A stretch of 64,000 nucleotides of DNA, taken from NCBI GenBank assembly GCA_030430245.1, contig JAUIFY010000002.1:2659-66658 (forward strand), read 5' to 3'. The notes beneath the pieces were generated by a model, which worked only from the letters and a program-made list of their open reading frames with translations, did no database searches and had not been told where the DNA came from. Below, piece by piece: positions 15,787 to 24,016 of this stretch (positions are counted from its first letter, which is position 1; every line of letters begins with the position of its first letter). Position numbers and translations under genes: made by a program. Source of the DNA: a bacterium (lineage in GTDB: Bacteria; Desulfobacterota; Binatia; UBA12015).

Positions 15787-18426
15787 ATGTTCCTTCTTCG
15801 CGTCATATCCACGCTCGTCGTCGTCTGCGGGCTGATGGTCTCCACCATCGAGGTGCCCCGCGCGATCGGCGCCCCCGGGGGCGCCGTGGACGACGAGCCG
15901 CCGGCGCCCCCGCCACTCGACCCGGGCCAGCCCATCGATGCGGGGCTCGCCTATCTGAGGACGCGCATCGAGGGGGAGCCGGCCGCGCTGGGCTTCGCCT
16001 ACATGCTCCATCGACGCTTCGGACTGCTCGACTTCGGCGACGCGCCCTCGCACTACGATGCGACTCTCGCGCGCGAGCCCGGCAAGGGCGTCCCACCGCG
16101 GGGCGCGGTGCGGCTGTTCCGGCGGATGGTGGACCCGGATCAGGCGTTCGACGAAACCGACGTCGCCGACCTCGGCACCGACTGGGATCGCGTGACGGTG
16201 CGCGCCCTCTACTGCGACCGGGCTCCCCTCCCTGACGACTACGGCGAGCAGCTGGCCCGCGAGGCCACACGCGGCGGCTACCACCTCACCCACGTTGGGA
16301 TGGCGCTCACCTGGCTCGATGACAATGGGTGCGATCGGCCGGTCGACGACGCGCAGGTCGACGGGTGGATCGACGCGCTGGCGGAGCTCGTCGCGACCAC
16401 GCCGCCGGGCGACGTCTCCTACGAGGCCGCGGGGGTCCTACTGTATCTCGGCCACCGCGATCGAATCCCGCAGGACTACTGGGAGCGGGTTCTCGACGAG
16501 CAGAACGAAGACGGGGGCTGGCCGTTCGACGACGAACGCAAGGAGAGCCACTGGCACCCGACCCTGCTCGCGATCTGGGCCTTGCTCGAGAACTTCGCGA
16601 GCCAGCGCCTCGATCGGACGGTCCCACAGCCCGGCGGCCCGAATCCGCCCGAGCCGGTCCTCGCCGCGGCAGAGGCACCCCGGAAGACCGTGCCGGCGTC
16701 GTGGGCGGCGATGATCGCGGCCGAGGAGCGGCTGCAGGCGCTCACCCCGGAGCTTCGCCTTCTGTCGACCGCCCTTCGCAACCTCGAGCTGCCCGGGACC
16801 CGGGCGCGCGCCCTGTTTGCAAACGAGGTCGATTCCGTCGACATCGCGAGCTCCCGGGAGTCGGGCGACCCGCTCGCGCCCGGCCTCCCCGTCGACGTCT
16901 TCGCGGTGGGCGAGCCCGCCCGGGTGCCGCGAGCGGAGCTCGCGTTGTGGCAGCCCCTCATCTCGCAGGTCGAGCGATTCGACGCCGCGAAGTTCTACAT
17001 GATCGAGGGACACTTCCTCCCGGAGTCGCCACGCACCTTCCGGACGCCTGTCGGCGTCGCGGCCCGGGCGCGGCTCCGCGACGGGACGATCGGCTGGGTT
17101 CGCGGTAAGCTGGCCCTCGACTGGCAGGAGCAGGCAGGCGCCTGGCGCATCACCGAGTTCCGAACGAAGGCGCTCGAGCTGACCCGCGCAGAGCGGCCGT
17201 TCTTTCGCGAGATCCTCGAAGACGCGCTCGCGGACGACGCGGCCCTCCGCGCCGCCCGATACTCCGGCCACGACGAGGTCGTACGGGAGTTCCTCGGGGC
17301 CGAAGACAAGAAGGGAAGCGACTTCTTCCCACCCGCGATGGACGAGCATCCCGGTCTCGCGATCGTGGACGTCGATCAGGACGGCCTCGACGACGTCTAC
17401 GTCATGCCTCACTGGGGGCGGAACCAGCTCTACCGCAACGAGGGCGGCGGACGCTTCGTCGAGATGGCGAGCGAGGTCGGCCTGGACGTGGCGGGCAACA
17501 CCTCCGCCGCCGTCTTCGCCGACTTCGACAACGACGGCGATCCGGACGCGGTGCTGACACGCACCGAAGAGCCGAGCCTGTACTTGCGCAACGACGACGG
17601 GCACTTCGTGGACGCGTCCGACCGCGTGGACGGCCCCCTTCCGAAGCTCGGCTCCTCCGTCACGGCCGTCGACGTCGACGCCGACGGGCTCCTGGACGTC
17701 TACGTCTCGACCTACGCCGTCCGTCGCCTGACCCGGGACTTCTTCTCGAAGGAGTCCGGCAAGGACCAGCTGCTCGAGGGGTTCGTCACCCCCGAAGCGT
17801 CGGCCGAGCTGCGAAAGCGCCTCGATGCCGGCGCGCAGATCTACGACTTCCCCGGCCCCCCGAACGTCCTGCTCCGAAATCAGGGAGACGGTCGGTTCCG
17901 TGTCGACCCGACGTCGCCGCTCTCGATCTTCGCGAACACGTACCAGTCGACGTGGGCCGACTACGACGACGACGGCGACCCCGATGTCTACCTCGCGAAC
18001 GACTTCGCGCCGAATCACCTTCTTCGCAACGACGGCGCCGGCCGCTTCACCGACGTGACCGCGGAGAGCGGCACGTCGGACGTCGGCTTCGGCATGGGCG
18101 CGACCTGGGGCGACATCGACGGAGACGCCCGCGAAGACCTCTACGTCTCCAACATGTTCAGCAAGGCGGGCACCCGGATCACCGCCCGCTTCGACGAGAT
18201 CGACGAGCGCGCCTCGAAGATGGCGCGCGGCAATACCCTCTTCCGAAACGAGGCCCCGACGTTCCGCGATCTCGCCCCGGAGCCCGGCAACCGGCGAGGG
18301 CAGAAGGCCGGATGGTCCTGGGGAGGACAGTTCCTCGACGTCGACAACGACGCGGCACTCGACCTGTACGTCCTCTCCGGATACTACACCGCGCCGCGCG
18401 ACTTCGAGCTTCCCGTCGACACTTGA
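15787..18426 (+). CDS. FG-GAP/VCBS-repeat (CRTAC1/ASPIC-type) exported protein, segment upstream of an in-frame TGA
   Basis: ATG 15787 (MFLLRVISTLVVVCGLMVS signal/anchor); GTG 15754 is possible. It has an N-terminal helical region (NEDGGWPFDD, HWHPTLLAIWALLE), then FG-GAP repeats (VDVDQDGLDDVYVM, ADFDNDGDPDAVLT, VDVDADGLLDVYVS, ADYDDDGDPDVYLA, GDIDGDAREDLYVS, LDVDNDAALDLYVL). It ends at TGA 18424-18426, in frame with the next ORF. Confidence 0.8.
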   Translation: MFLLRVISTLVVVCGLMVSTIEVPRAIGAPGGAVDDEPPAPPPLDPGQPIDAGLAYLRTRIEGEPAALGFAYMLHRRFGLLDFGDAPSHYDATLAREPGKGVPPRGAVRLFRRMVDPDQAFDETDVADLGTDWDRVTVRALYCDRAPLPDDYGEQLAREATRGGYHLTHVGMALTWLDDNGCDRPVDDAQVDGWIDALAELVATTPPGDVSYEAAGVLLYLGHRDRIPQDYWERVLDEQNEDGGWPFDDERKESHWHPTLLAIWALLENFASQRLDRTVPQPGGPNPPEPVLAAAEAPRKTVPASWAAMIAAEERLQALTPELRLLSTALRNLELPGTRARALFANEVDSVDIASSRESGDPLAPGLPVDVFAVGEPARVPRAELALWQPLISQVERFDAAKFYMIEGHFLPESPRTFRTPVGVAARARLRDGTIGWVRGKLALDWQEQAGAWRITEFRTKALELTRAERPFFREILEDALADDAALRAARYSGHDEVVREFLGAEDKKGSDFFPPAMDEHPGLAIVDVDQDGLDDVYVMPHWGRNQLYRNEGGGRFVEMASEVGLDVAGNTSAAVFADFDNDGDPDAVLTRTEEPSLYLRNDDGHFVDASDRVDGPLPKLGSSVTAVDVDADGLLDVYVSTYAVRRLTRDFFSKESGKDQLLEGFVTPEASAELRKRLDAGAQIYDFPGPPNVLLRNQGDGRFRVDPTSPLSIFANTYQSTWADYDDDGDPDVYLANDFAPNHLLRNDGAGRFTDVTAESGTSDVGFGMGATWGDIDGDAREDLYVSNMFSKAGTRITARFDEIDERASKMARGNTLFRNEAPTFRDLAPEPGNRRGQKAGWSWGGQFLDVDNDAALDLYVLSGYYTAPRDFELPVDT

Positions 18427-18453
18427 AGTCAGTATTGGCGCACGGTCGTGCGC
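18424..18453 (+). other. In-frame TGA followed by a SECIS-like hairpin (candidate selenocysteine recoding site, or the nonsense site of a pseudogene)
   Basis: TGA at 18424-18426, an 11-nt spacer, then the perfect hairpin GCGCAC-GGTC-GTGCGC (18438-18453). The flanking ORFs share one reading frame. Confidence 0.4.
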
Positions 18454-19539
18454 AAGGACCCTGCGATGGATCTACCGGCGAGCGCGGAGCGCGGCACCGT
18501 CGTCGGGAGCGGCCAGGAGCTGAACGAGGGCGCCTCCCTGAGCGGCCACGAGCGGAACCACCTCTTCCTGAACGAGGGCACCGGCTTCTTGCACGACGTG
18601 TCCGGCGTCTCCGGCCTCGACCATCCGGCGGATGGCCGCGCGGTCGGGTGGCTCGACTTCGACCGCGACGGCTGGCTCGACTTCGCCGTGGTGAACGCGA
18701 ACGAGCCCACCTTCCAGCTCTTCCGGAACGAGCTCGGCACGATGGACCGCGCAGCGTCGCACGGCTCGATCGCGATCCGACTCGCCGGCGGCAACCGGTC
18801 GGCCGCGCCCGATGATGCGTGGAGCAACCGCGACGGGGTCGGGGCGCGCGTCGAGGTCTCTCTGGGAGACCGCACGCTCGTCCGCGAGAGCCGGGCCGGC
18901 GAGGGCTTCGCCGCCCAGAACAGCGGAACCCTCCACGTCGGCCTCGGCGAGGCCGAACGGGCCGACCGCGTCACGGTTCGGTGGCCGAGCGGCCGCACCC
19001 AGGAGGCCCGAGACGTTCCCGCGGGCAGCCTCGTCACCTTCTTCGAGAACCCATCGCACGCCCCGACCGGGGCCCCGGTGCAGATCGCGAAACGTCCGAC
19101 GGCCGGCGAGCGCCCTCCGCCGCACGAGCCGACGCGCCGTCGGATCGAGATCTCCGCCGACGACGCCCCCTCGAGGGCTCCCCTGCGGGTGTTCACGACG
19201 ACGGCCACGTGGTGCGAGTCGTGCCGGGGCGAGCTCCCGGACGTCGCCCGGCTGCGCGAGCAGTTCCCGAGCGACCAGCTCGATCTGCTCGGCGTGCCCG
19301 TCGACCCGAACGACACGCCGGAGATGCTGCGCACCTACGTCGAGACCCACGCGCCCGCCTACCGAATGCTCTACGACCGGTCCGATGCGGATCGAGAGGC
19401 GGTCCAGGCGCTGATCACGTCGCGGCTCCGCACCGACGTGCTCCCCGCTTCGGTCGTGACCAATGCCGCGGGCGAAGTTCTCGACGTCATCTGGGGGCTC
19501 CCGACGGTCTCCGACTTGAGAGCTCTGGGAGCGCCATGA
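18448..19539 (+). CDS. Continuation of the CRTAC1/ASPIC-type protein: FG-GAP repeat, UnbV/ASPIC domain and C-terminal thioredoxin-like (redoxin) domain
   Basis: It is in the same frame as 15787..18426. It contains LDFDRDGWLDFAVV, the UnbV-like GARVEVSLGDRTLVRESRAGEGFAAQNSGTLHVGLGEAERADRVTVRWPSGR, then LRVFTTTATWCESCRGELPDV (CxxC). There is no convincing Shine-Dalgarno sequence, and the only starts are GTG 18448 or ATG 18466. Confidence 0.75.
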   Translation: MRKDPAMDLPASAERGTVVGSGQELNEGASLSGHERNHLFLNEGTGFLHDVSGVSGLDHPADGRAVGWLDFDRDGWLDFAVVNANEPTFQLFRNELGTMDRAASHGSIAIRLAGGNRSAAPDDAWSNRDGVGARVEVSLGDRTLVRESRAGEGFAAQNSGTLHVGLGEAERADRVTVRWPSGRTQEARDVPAGSLVTFFENPSHAPTGAPVQIAKRPTAGERPPPHEPTRRRIEISADDAPSRAPLRVFTTTATWCESCRGELPDVARLREQFPSDQLDLLGVPVDPNDTPEMLRTYVETHAPAYRMLYDRSDADREAVQALITSRLRTDVLPASVVTNAAGEVLDVIWGLPTVSDLRALGAP

Positions 19540-20426
19540 TGCACGATCGAACCTCGCGTCGAACCGCCATCCTCGGAGTACTCGTGCTCCTCGCGGGCTG
19601 CGACACGGCCCCGCCGGCCGCCGACGCCCCGATCCCGTTCCCACCCAGGACATGCGAGGTCGAGACGGCGTCGACCCGCCCCACCGAGCCCACGCCCGCG
19701 CTCGACTACACGCTCGTGACGGGCTCGCCCGAGACCATCGCGGAGCAGTACGAGCTTCCCCGTTACACGAACTTCTATCCGCCCCGGACCTTCGCCCAGA
19801 TGTCCGAGCTCCGCGAGGAGCGCTGGGTGCCCGAGGGCGACACGACTCCGACCGCGCGGGGAACCTACGAGGTGTCGGTCTTCCCGTGCGGGGAGACGTG
19901 GACGGCGCAGCAGGAGGCCGAGGCGAACGAGCTGATCCGCAAGACGCGGGACGCGGCCGAGCGCAACGGATGGACCGACTTCGACAAGGCCGTCGCCGAT
20001 GGATTCCACCCCATGATGGGAATCTCGGACCATTGGGTGAACGACGAGTTCGCGAACGACGGTCGCGTCCTCGACCCCGAACGCCCGGAGTTCCTGATGT
20101 TCTACGACACCGACGGCGGGAAGGTCCTCTCCGGCATCATGTACGTCATGCCCGGGATCGGCCTTCGGGGTCCCCAGATCGGCGGCCCGCAGACGATTTG
20201 GCACTATCACGTGATGCCCGCCGCCTGCTACGTGAACGGCATCGCGGTGGAGGTCCCCGGCGAGGACGGACGATGCGCACGCGGAGTTCTCTCGGAGCTG
20301 TCTCCCGAGATGGTCCACGTGTGGTTCATCGACCGAAAGAACGGACCGTTCTCCTCGGCGATGATCCCACCGCCCGACGCGACGGGCGCTCCGCCCCGGC
20401 CCGCGAAGCCGGCCCCGGCGGGCTGA
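19536..20426 (+). CDS. Lipoprotein of unknown function
   Basis: ATG 19536 overlaps the upstream stop (ATGA). The lipobox is VLVLLAGC. GC3 is high. I recognise no family (HWVNDEF, PEFLMFYDTDGGKVLSGIMYVMPG, WHYHV, MVHVWF). Confidence 0.7.
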   Translation: MMHDRTSRRTAILGVLVLLAGCDTAPPAADAPIPFPPRTCEVETASTRPTEPTPALDYTLVTGSPETIAEQYELPRYTNFYPPRTFAQMSELREERWVPEGDTTPTARGTYEVSVFPCGETWTAQQEAEANELIRKTRDAAERNGWTDFDKAVADGFHPMMGISDHWVNDEFANDGRVLDPERPEFLMFYDTDGGKVLSGIMYVMPGIGLRGPQIGGPQTIWHYHVMPAACYVNGIAVEVPGEDGRCARGVLSELSPEMVHVWFIDRKNGPFSSAMIPPPDATGAPPRPAKPAPAG

Positions 20427-20511
20427 GGAACCCCGGAAAGGCTCGCGGAGACCGGGAAAATCCGTCGTAGCCTGCCGTCGGGCCCGCGTGGTAGCGTCGG
20501 GATCTTCCCCC

Positions 20512-23500
20512 ATGCCGACCGCCCCGTCCCGACCCCCGTTCCTCCCCCTGCTCGCGCTCCTGGTGGCCCTCTGCGCCCCCACCGGCGCTCACGCCGGCGA
20601 AGGCCCCTTCGCCGCCTTCGAGAGCCCGCCCGTTCGCCCCGCCGCGCTCTCGCCCGCGGGGGATCGGCTCTTCGTCGTCAACACTCCGGGGTCCCACCTC
20701 GAGATCTTCGCGGTCGACGGCTCCGGTCTGACCCACGAGACGTCGGTTCCGGTCGGCCTCGAACCCGTCGCGGTCGCGGTCCGGAACACCGGCGAGGTCT
20801 GGGTCGTCAACCATCTCTCCGACAGCGTGAGCATCGTCGACGTTGCCTCGACGCCGCCTCGCGTGGTGCGCACCCTCCTCGTGGGCGACGAGCCGAGCGA
20901 CCTCGTGTTCGCCGGCCCCTCGGACGAGGGAGCGTTCATCACGACCGCGCACCGGGGACAAAACCATCCCATCGATCCGGAGCCGTTCACCGAGGAGGTC
21001 GGGCGCGCCGACGTCTGGATCTTCGACACCACCGATCTCGGAGCCGGCCTGGGCGGAATCCCGGAAACGATTCTGTCGATGTTCGGCGACTCTCCCCGCG
21101 CGCTGGCGCGATCGGCCGATGGTGCCACCGTGTACGCCGCGGTCTTCCACTCGGGAAGCCGCACGACGACGGTTCCGGCGTACGCGGTGTGCGACGGCGG
21201 TCAGGGGGCGGCGCCGTGCGCGGTCGGTCCGTTGACGATCCCCGGCGGGGTGCCCGCACCCAATCAGAATCTCGACGGCGTCCCGGGCCCCGAGACCGGC
21301 CTCATCGTGAAGTTCGATCCCGGATCCGGCATGTGGCTCGACGAGCTGAGCCGCGACTGGAGCGGCGCCGTCCCGTACGGACTTCCCGACGAGGACGTGT
21401 TCGTGATCGATGCCGACGCGGCCGTCCCGGTCGAGACGGCCGCCGTCACCGACGTCGGCACGGTCCTCTTCGGCATGGCGGTTCATCCGACGACCGGTGC
21501 GGTCTACGTCGCGAACACCGACGCGATCAACCACGTTCGCCTCGAGTCGAACGTGAACGGACACCACCACGAGACGCGCATCAGCATCGTACCCGCCGGT
21601 GGCGGCGCCCCCGTGTCCCGACGTCTCAACAAGCACATCGACTACGGCGTCGTCCCGAGCCCCCCGGGGGTCGCCGACGCGAGCCTCGCGATCCCGACCG
21701 CGATCGCCGTCGATGCCGCCGGGGCGAACCTCTTCGTCGCGGCCTTCGGCTCCAGCAAGGTGGGCTTCTTCTCGACGGCCGAGATCGACAGCGACGCCTT
21801 CACCCCGTCGGCCGCCGACCACGCCGAGGTGACCGGCGGCGGGCCGAGCGGCATCGTCGTCGACGACGCGCGCGGCCGGCTCTACGTGCCCACCCGCTTC
21901 GACAACGGCGTGAGCGTCGTCGACATCGCGACCAAGACCGAGATCGCGCATCACGTCTTCCACAACCCCGAGCCGGACGTCGTGATCGAGGGGCGCCCGT
22001 TCCTCTACGACGCGCGAGAGACGTCGAGCAACGGCGAGGCGAGCTGCGCTGGCTGCCACGTATTCGGCGACGTCGATGGCCTGGCGTGGGACCTGGGCGA
22101 CGTCTTCGGACCGGTCCTGACGAATCCCCTCCCGACCGTCCTCCCGAACCCCATCCCTCCCGGGCTCGCGAAGGACTTCCATCCGCTGAAGGGTCCGATG
22201 CGCACGCAGACCCTCCGCGGCATGGCGACCCACGGGCCCATGCACTGGCGCGGGGACCGCACGGGCGCCTTCGACCCGGGCGGGACGTACGACGACGAGC
22301 GGGCCGCGTTCGACCAGTTCAATCCCGCCTTCGTCGGCCTGATGGGACGCAACACGCAGCTCGATCAGGCCGACATGGACGCGTTCACCGACTTCATCCT
22401 CGAAGTCGTCCTCGGCCCGAACCCCTACCGGAACCTGGACAACTCCCTCACCGCCGCACAGCAGACCTCCCGCGATTTCTTCACGCAGCCCGGCGCGTGC
22501 AGCACCTGTCACGAGGTCGATCCGGCGGCCGGCTTCTTCGGAACGGGCACGCGGTCCTCCGTGATGGCCGAGTTCGTCCAGTTCATGAAGGTCCCGCAGC
22601 TCCGCACGGTGTACCGGCAGATCGGTCGCTACAAAGGCGTCCTCTCGTCCATGAACAGCGGCACGCCCACGTCGGGCGACGAGATCCGCGGCTTCGGCTT
22701 CAACCACGATGGCAGCACCGAGATGGTCACCGAAGGCGGACTCGAGTTCCTCATGGTCCTCGACTCGGACTTCGCGCCCATCGTCGGACAGCAGGTGACG
22801 TACTCCGCCGCGACCGCCGCCGTGGCCGGGCCGCGCATCGACCTTCTGTTGGCCCGGGCCGCCGCGGGAGAGTGCGACGTGGTCGTGAAGGGCGTCGTCG
22901 CCGGCGAAGACCGCGGCTACTACCGCATGCCGAGCGGAGAGTTCCAGGGCGACCGCGCCGGGGACGCCCTCGTTGCGGAAGCCACGCTGCGCGCCGAGGG
23001 CCTGGTCGCGGGACAGGAGCTCACCTACACGTGCACGCCTCCGGAGCACGGCGTCCGGATGGGCGTCGACCGGGACTTCGACGGCGTCTTCGACCGCGAC
23101 GAGCTCGACGTCGGCACCGACCCCACGGACGAGACGAGCCGGCCCTACCACGATTCGTTCGTCTTCCGGAAGGCGAAGGCGACCTCCGGGAGCGCCAAGT
23201 TCGAGAGCCTGGGCCCGATCGCATTGACCGACGCACTGGGATCCAGCGGGTACCTCGCGCGGAAGCTCCAGACGCTCGGAGCCCCGTCGGATACCGGCAA
23301 CGGCATCGCGGATCCAGAGACCCACCTGACGGAGTACCGCCTGCTTCCCGCTCCGGGCTTCCCCCGGTTCGAGAAGACGAGCGACGTCGGGGTCACGACG
23401 GCCTGCTCCGACGTCACCGTCCAGCTCAAGAAGGCGTCGACGCTCCTCGTGCCGACGAGCACGGACGCGAACGCTCCCACGACGGAGCCGCTCGAAGGCG

Positions 23501-23979
23501 AGCACGACCTCGATCACTTCCTCTGCTACCTCGCCAAGGTGCAGTCGAAGTCCTCCGCCGGCGCACCGCTTCCCAAGTTCCAGAAGGGTGCGCAGGTCGA
23601 CGTCGACGACGGAACCACGCGCCGCACCTACGACCTCGTGAAGATCCAGAAGCTCTGCGTTCCGACCGAAAAGTCGGGCTCGCCGATCTTCCTCTCCGGC
23701 CCGAACGCGGGCCAGCCCGCACCCATCACGCCGGCGACCGTGCGGCGCCCCGACGAGCACCTCCTCTGCTACAAGGCGAAGCTCGCGAAGAAGAAGATAG
23801 AGCAGCAGGGCTGCGGCGCCCTCGTCCCCGGCGACCGGGGTGCGGCCTTCTCCCCCAAGCAGGTCGCGGCCGCCCCCCCCAAGGGCCTTCACGTCGCCGA
23901 TCAGTTCGGGCAGGGGCAGCTCGACCAGAGCAAGCTGCAAGAGATCTGCCTCCCCGCCTCGGTCGAGCGCGCGTTGTAG
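20512..23979 (+). CDS. Secreted beta-propeller protein with a di-haem (2 x CxxCH) cytochrome c peroxidase/MauG-like core and C-terminal DHxxCY...LCxP modules
   Basis: The signal peptide is MPTAPSRPPFLPLLALLVALCAPTGAHA. YVTN/YncE-like blades are present (LFVVNTPGSHLEIFAV, VWVVNHLSDSVSIVDV, VYVANTDAINHV, LYVPTRFDNGVSVVDI). CxxCH motifs are at 22045-22059 (CAGCH) and 22498-22512 (CSTCH). The C-terminal ~220 aa carry three copies of a module also seen in the 60452 gene. Confidence 0.85.
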   Translation: MPTAPSRPPFLPLLALLVALCAPTGAHAGEGPFAAFESPPVRPAALSPAGDRLFVVNTPGSHLEIFAVDGSGLTHETSVPVGLEPVAVAVRNTGEVWVVNHLSDSVSIVDVASTPPRVVRTLLVGDEPSDLVFAGPSDEGAFITTAHRGQNHPIDPEPFTEEVGRADVWIFDTTDLGAGLGGIPETILSMFGDSPRALARSADGATVYAAVFHSGSRTTTVPAYAVCDGGQGAAPCAVGPLTIPGGVPAPNQNLDGVPGPETGLIVKFDPGSGMWLDELSRDWSGAVPYGLPDEDVFVIDADAAVPVETAAVTDVGTVLFGMAVHPTTGAVYVANTDAINHVRLESNVNGHHHETRISIVPAGGGAPVSRRLNKHIDYGVVPSPPGVADASLAIPTAIAVDAAGANLFVAAFGSSKVGFFSTAEIDSDAFTPSAADHAEVTGGGPSGIVVDDARGRLYVPTRFDNGVSVVDIATKTEIAHHVFHNPEPDVVIEGRPFLYDARETSSNGEASCAGCHVFGDVDGLAWDLGDVFGPVLTNPLPTVLPNPIPPGLAKDFHPLKGPMRTQTLRGMATHGPMHWRGDRTGAFDPGGTYDDERAAFDQFNPAFVGLMGRNTQLDQADMDAFTDFILEVVLGPNPYRNLDNSLTAAQQTSRDFFTQPGACSTCHEVDPAAGFFGTGTRSSVMAEFVQFMKVPQLRTVYRQIGRYKGVLSSMNSGTPTSGDEIRGFGFNHDGSTEMVTEGGLEFLMVLDSDFAPIVGQQVTYSAATAAVAGPRIDLLLARAAAGECDVVVKGVVAGEDRGYYRMPSGEFQGDRAGDALVAEATLRAEGLVAGQELTYTCTPPEHGVRMGVDRDFDGVFDRDELDVGTDPTDETSRPYHDSFVFRKAKATSGSAKFESLGPIALTDALGSSGYLARKLQTLGAPSDTGNGIADPETHLTEYRLLPAPGFPRFEKTSDVGVTTACSDVTVQLKKASTLLVPTSTDANAPTTEPLEGEHDLDHFLCYLAKVQSKSSAGAPLPKFQKGAQVDVDDGTTRRTYDLVKIQKLCVPTEKSGSPIFLSGPNAGQPAPITPATVRRPDEHLLCYKAKLAKKKIEQQGCGALVPGDRGAAFSPKQVAAAPPKGLHVADQFGQGQLDQSKLQEICLPASVERAL

Positions 23980-24016
23980 CGTCTCGGGTGCGGTCGCCGG
24001 CCGGCGTCGGCGCGCG

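Noticed and set aside
8458-16293. Very long minus-strand ORFs (8458..11328, 956 aa; 11833..16293, 1486 aa). There are similar giants elsewhere (20326..23940, 29225..34825, 30328..34356, 54872..57115, 38284..40353 upstream part).
   Set aside because: Their translations are Arg/Ala/Gly/Pro-rich, low-complexity text with no motifs. They lie antisense to, or out of frame with, genes that have clear family signatures. Such shadow ORFs are expected at ~70% G+C, where stop codons are rare.
18424-18426. Alternative genetic code (TGA read as Trp or Gly) as the explanation for the in-frame TGA.
   Set aside because: Many confidently identified genes in this window terminate at TGA at the expected family length (e.g. 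hslO, msrB, the FAS-like genes). The organism therefore uses TGA as a stop codon.
23994-24005. Palindrome CGCCGGCCGGCG between the convergent 20512 and 24017 genes as a terminator.
   Set aside because: It has no loop and no U-tract, and such GC palindromes are common at this composition.
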